Shown: in pieces, positions 59,458 through 64,000 of the stretch | Layout of the letters: each line of letters begins with the position of its first letter | Numbering within the stretch: position 1 is the first letter of the stretch | DNA from: Escherichia phage vB_EcoM-UFV09 | Sequence record: MZ291552.2 | DNA: 64,000 bases | Reading direction: 5' to 3' (one strand) | Translations under genes and position numbers: made by a program | Notes under the pieces: generated by a model | The model's database searches: none | Told to the model about the DNA's origin: nothing | What the model saw: only the letters and a program-made list of their open reading frames with translations

Positions 59458-59995
59458 TTACTATTTCCAAAAGTTTATTATTTTTAAGGTAGTTAGCCTT
59501 TTCTAGGACTTCAGAAGCATATTTAGAACCTGCTTTAACATTCCATCCCGAATTATAAGAGGATATTGCTTTTCTTATATCGCCCTTATGTATATTTAAC
59601 CAATAAGAAAGTTCAATGTACGCCCAGGAAGCTGAATTGGATCGTTTATTCAACATTCTTTTTATTTCAGCATCGGTCATATTATAACCAAGTTCCTTAA
59701 CTCTTGCTCGCATAGTAGGCAAATAATTTTGGAACATTCCATAAGCGTGATGCTTTGGTTTAGATTTTAAATTAACTCCGCCAGAGCTTTCTTGCCATAA
59801 AATAGCAGCCATTATATGACCTAATCCGCTCTTGTGGATATTTTTATGTGTTTTATATTTTCCATCCTTAGAAAACTGTTCCCCGAATTGATACGCGTAA
59901 CGCATGTTATCGAGTTGGACATTACTGAAAGTATGCTCGGAGCTATGTGCCATCATTGAAATGGCCAATAGACCAGCGAGTAGTGCTTTTCTCAT
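59450..59995 (-). CDS. secreted lytic transglycosylase-like protein (SLT domain)
   Basis: 181 aa; signal peptide; SLT-like motifs WQESSGG, YGMFQ, YNSGW. Confidence 0.5.
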   Translation of the reverse strand: MRKALLAGLLAISMMAHSSEHTFSNVQLDNMRYAYQFGEQFSKDGKYKTHKNIHKSGLGHIMAAILWQESSGGVNLKSKPKHHAYGMFQNYLPTMRARVKELGYNMTDAEIKRMLNKRSNSASWAYIELSYWLNIHKGDIRKAISSYNSGWNVKAGSKYASEVLEKANYLKNNKLLEIVND

Positions 59996-60002
59996 GCTTA
60001 CC

Positions 60003-60464
60003 TCATTGAGTTTTAATTACTGCTTTAGAAGCCTTTCCTGGTAAACGACGACTGTTAATAATTGCCATCCTGCATTGAAGCGACGGGTCTTTGAACTTCG
60101 CATTAGGTTTACAAACTGTAAATCCAAGCCAAAGATTTCCATCTGTGATTTCTAAACGTCCAGGACGATATTCAACCCCATCAATAAAATCCTCGTCAAT
60201 GTCAGGACGCGGAGGCATACTCAGGAATTCATTAACTTCTAAAACATGGTCTTTTATTTTATGGAATAATTCAAAAACGTATGTCTCATCAATCTCCCGT
60301 TGAATTGCGCGATCAAGAAGATGTTGAGAATATTTTAGATGAAACGATGAGACCCCTGCTGCTTTTGATGCCTCACGAATCTCATTGTTAATTTGACGAA
60401 ACTCCGACTCAAAGTGACGACGAAGCTTATTTCGACGGATAAAAACTTCTGTGTTGATAGTCAT
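60003..60464 (-). CDS. regB: RegB site-specific endoribonuclease
   Basis: 153 aa, near-identical to recalled T4 RegB. Confidence 0.9.
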   Translation of the reverse strand: MTINTEVFIRRNKLRRHFESEFRQINNEIREASKAAGVSSFHLKYSQHLLDRAIQREIDETYVFELFHKIKDHVLEVNEFLSMPPRPDIDEDFIDGVEYRPGRLEITDGNLWLGFTVCKPNAKFKDPSLQCRMAIINSRRLPGKASKAVIKTQ

Positions 60465-60491
60465 GTTATTCTCCTCTTAACTGATAGAAAA

Positions 60492-60521
60492 ATTATACCA
60501 CAGTCAAGAGGAAAAGTAAAC
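60492..60521 (-). promoter_or_regulatory. T4-type early promoter
   Basis: Minus strand reads GTTTACttttcctcttgactgtggTATAAT. Confidence 0.5.
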
Positions 60522-60523
60522 AG

Positions 60524-60844
60524 TTATTCTTTAAATCTAATCAATTTATTCATAGACTTTGAAACTTCTGTACGAACCTCATGTAGATTTTTGAGTTGTT
60601 CAAGACGCTGCGTATAGTAAGCAATTTCATCTTCTTCGAGACAGTCCTGTGAATCTTCTTTAAGATAGCGTGCATAGTCCTGGAAAGCGTTACGGATTAC
60701 TTCCTGGAAATCATCAAGACTTTGAATTTTCTTAGGAGCAGCAGATACACGACGAGGGGCAGTATAATACTCATAACCAAACCCTGCGCTTAATTGAGCC
60801 ATTAGTATTTTTCCTCTGGTTGGAACACAGCACGACAAGCCCAC
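60524..60844 (-). CDS. hypothetical protein (vs.3 position)
   Basis: 106-aa ORF. Confidence 0.4.
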   Translation of the reverse strand: MGLSCCVPTRGKILMAQLSAGFGYEYYTAPRRVSAAPKKIQSLDDFQEVIRNAFQDYARYLKEDSQDCLEEDEIAYYTQRLEQLKNLHEVRTEVSKSMNKLIRFKE

Positions 60845-61104
60845 ATACTGGCTTCTTTGAGTTTCGTTTTAGCAATAGTTAACTGATCGAGGCTTTCGGC
60901 GTAATTCTTCGCGAGTTCATCATCTTCACAGCTATCAAATGCTTCCCAAAATTCATCGTATAAAGCATCAAAGATAAGTCCTAAACGAACTTCAGCGTCT
61001 TTAATAGCATTTACTTTACCGATTTTTTCGTCGGTATGTGGCTTATAACCTTTAATATCTTCAATCATATTTGACTTCCTCACCAGTACATAAATCGTAT
61101 TCAA
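60802..61104 (-). CDS. small acidic protein at the vs.4 position (possible Acb2-like sponge, by synteny only)
   Basis: About 90-100 aa, two genes upstream of the GrcA-like gene; Acb2 assignment is positional and unverified. Confidence 0.3.
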   Translation of the reverse strand: MNTIYVLVRKSNMIEDIKGYKPHTDEKIGKVNAIKDAEVRLGLIFDALYDEFWEAFDSCEDDELAKNYAESLDQLTIAKTKLKEASMWACRAVFQPEEKY

Positions 61105-61282
61105 CTAAACGAATAGGTTCATGAATGCCATATCCCTGAACAGAAATTTCTGTCGTAGGATAAATTCCATCAATATCACCCATATTCCAGGCTTCGTTAA
61201 ATTGCTGTTCGCCTGAATTACTAAACCACTCGGCGAAAGCATTTAGCACATCTTTAGAACCTTCAATAATTATCTTTGCCAT
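61061..61282 (-). CDS. small hypothetical protein
   Basis: 73-aa ORF. Confidence 0.4.
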   Translation of the reverse strand: MAKIIIEGSKDVLNAFAEWFSNSGEQQFNEAWNMGDIDGIYPTTEISVQGYGIHEPIRLVEYDLCTGEEVKYD

Positions 61283-61644
61283 TACAAACTCTCGGTAAAG
61301 GTACGAGCGATAACGTCGCGCTGCTGTTCCGGAGTCAGAGAGTTAAAGCGAACTGCATAACCGGATACACGGATGGTCAGCTGCGGATATTTTTCCGGAT
61401 GCTTAACTGCATCTTCCAGAGTTTCACGACGCAGAACGTTAACGTTCAGGTGTTGACCACCTTCAATTTTAACTGTAGGCTGTTGCTCAATTTCAATTTC
61501 ACGGGCATGCAAACCGTAGAAAATTTCTGGGTCTACAAAAGAGTCCTCTTTAAAAGTTTTAGAGACAATAATTCGTGCTTGAATACCATCTTCAAAATAA
61601 ATAGTACCTTTATGCGTGCCTTCAAGAATTTGATATGCTTTCAT
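61282..61644 (-). CDS. autonomous glycyl-radical cofactor (GrcA/YfiD-like)
   Basis: 120 aa; C-terminal ~60 aa including glycyl-radical motif [25 protein letters not shown] closely resemble E. coli GrcA; T4 carries a known homolog (Y06Q). Confidence 0.85.
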   Translation of the reverse strand: MKAYQILEGTHKGTIYFEDGIQARIIVSKTFKEDSFVDPEIFYGLHAREIEIEQQPTVKIEGGQHLNVNVLRRETLEDAVKHPEKYPQLTIRVSGYAVRFNSLTPEQQRDVIARTFTESL

Positions 61645-61651
61645 ATAAACC

Positions 61652-62032
61652 TCAATTAGAAAATAAATTTATCCAAGATTGTTCTTTAATTAAAAATGGC
61701 TCAGAATCATATGCCATTAAACTCTGCGTGATTAGTCCTTTAAAAGGTCCATCAATAAATTCCATGGTAAAATATGGAATTTTATTCATTAGCCGTGCGT
61801 TAGGAGCAGTACATAAAACTCTGCATCCTTTGAATACGCCTTTTTGTAATTTGTATTGCTTAGGATAAAATTCGCTCAAGACGTTGTTATTTGCCAAAAT
61901 TTCAAAATGATTCACCAATTTATTTTTAATAGTTTTTGGCGAAAAATAAAGATATTCGAAAAGTTGCGTGTCTGTCATCATTGCATTCCGATTATGAAAA
62001 ACTGTGGACGAGTAATACCACCAATGCAACAT
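61652..62032 (-). CDS. hypothetical protein
   Basis: 126-aa ORF. Confidence 0.4.
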   Translation of the reverse strand: MLHWWYYSSTVFHNRNAMMTDTQLFEYLYFSPKTIKNKLVNHFEILANNNVLSEFYPKQYKLQKGVFKGCRVLCTAPNARLMNKIPYFTMEFIDGPFKGLITQSLMAYDSEPFLIKEQSWINLFSN

Positions 62033-62565
62033 TTAATATTACAGCAGCAGTGTACAGTTTCAATATGGACACTATAAATCTTATCCATATCAGGAGATTT
62101 GACAGGTTCATCAATTATATACAAAATTCGCGAAAGCGATAAACCTCTGAACTTGCTTCCTTTATTACCAATAAAACTGCGCACAGAATCAGCAAATAAA
62201 CGAAAACGTATATCATCATTAGAATAACGCGAAAATTCCTTTTTAATGTTATTTGAAGAAATTTTAGCGTAAGCTGAAGTATTAGAAAGAACAATAACTG
62301 TTCCGCCATCATACAACCAATTAGCGGCAAAATTAGTTACTGCAGTTGATTTACCGGATTGACGTCCACCATCTAGTCGAAGTGTGCAATACTGCTTAAG
62401 TAAGTCTTCAAATGGTGGGATATAATCGTTTTTACAAATTTCTTCTACTCTAGCGTCAGAATGGTGTGTAAAAGCATTCATCAGGGATAGATAAGGACCA
62501 GTTAAAAATGTTCTCATTTTATTCTCTCTAAATTTGGGCCATTCCATGGCGCATGAATTGTCCAT
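61978..62565 (-). CDS. P-loop NTPase
   Basis: 195 aa; Walker A GGRQSGKST, Walker B-like ILYIIDEP. Confidence 0.45.
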   Translation of the reverse strand: MDNSCAMEWPKFRENKMRTFLTGPYLSLMNAFTHHSDARVEEICKNDYIPPFEDLLKQYCTLRLDGGRQSGKSTAVTNFAANWLYDGGTVIVLSNTSAYAKISSNNIKKEFSRYSNDDIRFRLFADSVRSFIGNKGSKFRGLSLSRILYIIDEPVKSPDMDKIYSVHIETVHCCCNIKCCIGGITRPQFFIIGMQ

Positions 62566-62670
62566 TTCTGTATTTACCCATTACCGCACTTGGGCTCGAC
62601 CTTATTACAGGTTGGCGGGAATCCCTCACAGAATCATGAGGTCCAGCTTGTTCCCATATTTCTTATTTGC

Positions 62671-63144
62671 TTATTTGAATGATTTAACGTACTGAATAGA
62701 ACCTTTACTATTCACAAAGGCAATTTTACCATTTTTGTTATACATAGTAGCAGTACGTTGATAGCCATAAGTTTGTTTACCAGATTGATAACCAACTAAT
62801 GCGAAATTATCTTCACCCATTTTATTCTGTTTAGCGCGAATGCGTTCATGACCATGTGCCATAAGAACCTTAGCATCACCAGTTGCAATGGACCGACGAG
62901 TTTTTTCATCTTCAACTGTATTAACAAAGTCGTCAAATGAATCAAATTTAGCATGAGATTTATTATACAGTTTTCCATCTACTGCATAATTATATCCTTG
63001 TACATCCATCTCAACTTCTGTACCATCATCTAATACCGCAGTAATTTTCTGTCCTTTTTTAAATTTCAAAAGATCAGTAAAAGATTCAGCAATAATTTGA
63101 GAATTAATAGCTGCTTCAGTAATAAATTCTTTATACGTTTTCAT
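62671..63144 (-). CDS. internal protein (IP-family, capsid-targeting leader)
   Basis: 157 aa; N-terminal MKTYKEFITEA matches the T4 IP capsid-targeting sequence; located between the vs genes and e. Confidence 0.6.
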   Translation of the reverse strand: MKTYKEFITEAAINSQIIAESFTDLLKFKKGQKITAVLDDGTEVEMDVQGYNYAVDGKLYNKSHAKFDSFDDFVNTVEDEKTRRSIATGDAKVLMAHGHERIRAKQNKMGEDNFALVGYQSGKQTYGYQRTATMYNKNGKIAFVNSKGSIQYVKSFK

Positions 63145-63160
63145 GTGTATCCTTTAATTT

Positions 63161-63478
63161 TTATTCTTTAGGGAAGTTTTTAGAATATGCATCATAAAGC
63201 TTATTTCCAATACGGCGGAAAACTCTAGCCGCAAAACGATTTTCTGGGTTTTTAATCATGATTTGCATCATATAAGTACCCGCGTCAGAAAGAGCTTCTT
63301 CATAGTACCCGTTAATTTCTTTAAGAGTCCTACGTTTACCACCAGGACCATCAACAGTGATTTTCCATTTACCTGTAGAAGTGCGACTTGGCGGTTCAAC
63401 TTGTTCAATCCAGATATAACCGCCTTCTACACGCTGTCCTGCAACAGATTCTGCAATAAATTCTTTATACGTTTTCAT
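63161..63478 (-). CDS. internal protein (IP-family, capsid-targeting leader)
   Basis: 105 aa; N-terminal MKTYKEFIAES; body unrelated to the neighbouring IP. Confidence 0.6.
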   Translation of the reverse strand: MKTYKEFIAESVAGQRVEGGYIWIEQVEPPSRTSTGKWKITVDGPGGKRRTLKEINGYYEEALSDAGTYMMQIMIKNPENRFAARVFRRIGNKLYDAYSKNFPKE

Positions 63479-63516
63479 GTGTTTCCTTTAAATATTTTAA
63501 TTAGTAACTGTGAATA

Positions 63517-63545
63517 TACTATCACAGTTTTAGGAGAAAGTAAAC
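63517..63545 (-). promoter_or_regulatory. early-type promoter downstream of e
   Basis: Minus strand reads GTTTAC, ~18 nt, TAGTAT. Confidence 0.35.
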
Positions 63546-63549
63546 AACT

Positions 63550-64000
<451 letters not shown>

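Overview
This window reads as the first ~64 kb of a T-even (T4-like) coliphage genome, starting at the rIIA end and ending inside the lysozyme gene e. Identifications rest on my recall of T4 protein sequences, sizes and gene order; no database search was run. Almost all genes are tightly packed on the minus strand, with T4-type early promoters (GTTTAC, ~17-18 nt, TATAAT-like), late promoters (TATAAATA) and GC-stem/tetraloop terminators. Recognised genes include rIIA, topoisomerase gp39, dexA, dda, modA/modB, soc, 56, 61, sp, dmd, 41, uvsX, 42, imm, 43, regA, 62/44/45, 46/47, alpha-gt, 55, nrdG/nrdD, 49, nrdC, rI, tk, regB and e. Several features suggest a T2/T6-type phage rather than T4 itself: gene 39 is one uninterrupted 606-aa ORF, the beta-gt locus holds a different glycosyltransferase-like gene, nrdD is uninterrupted, and no denV-like ORF is present. 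I did not find a clear-cut novel system. The candidates most worth a second look are a nucleotidyltransferase-like / P-loop ATPase gene pair and a four-gene coiled-coil-tailed family in the nrdC-rI variable region, a plus-strand HNH endonuclease under a late promoter, two internal-protein-like genes, a macrodomain protein and a plus-strand membrane micro-ORF. Whether any of these is new relative to sequenced T-even phages cannot be judged from the sequence alone.
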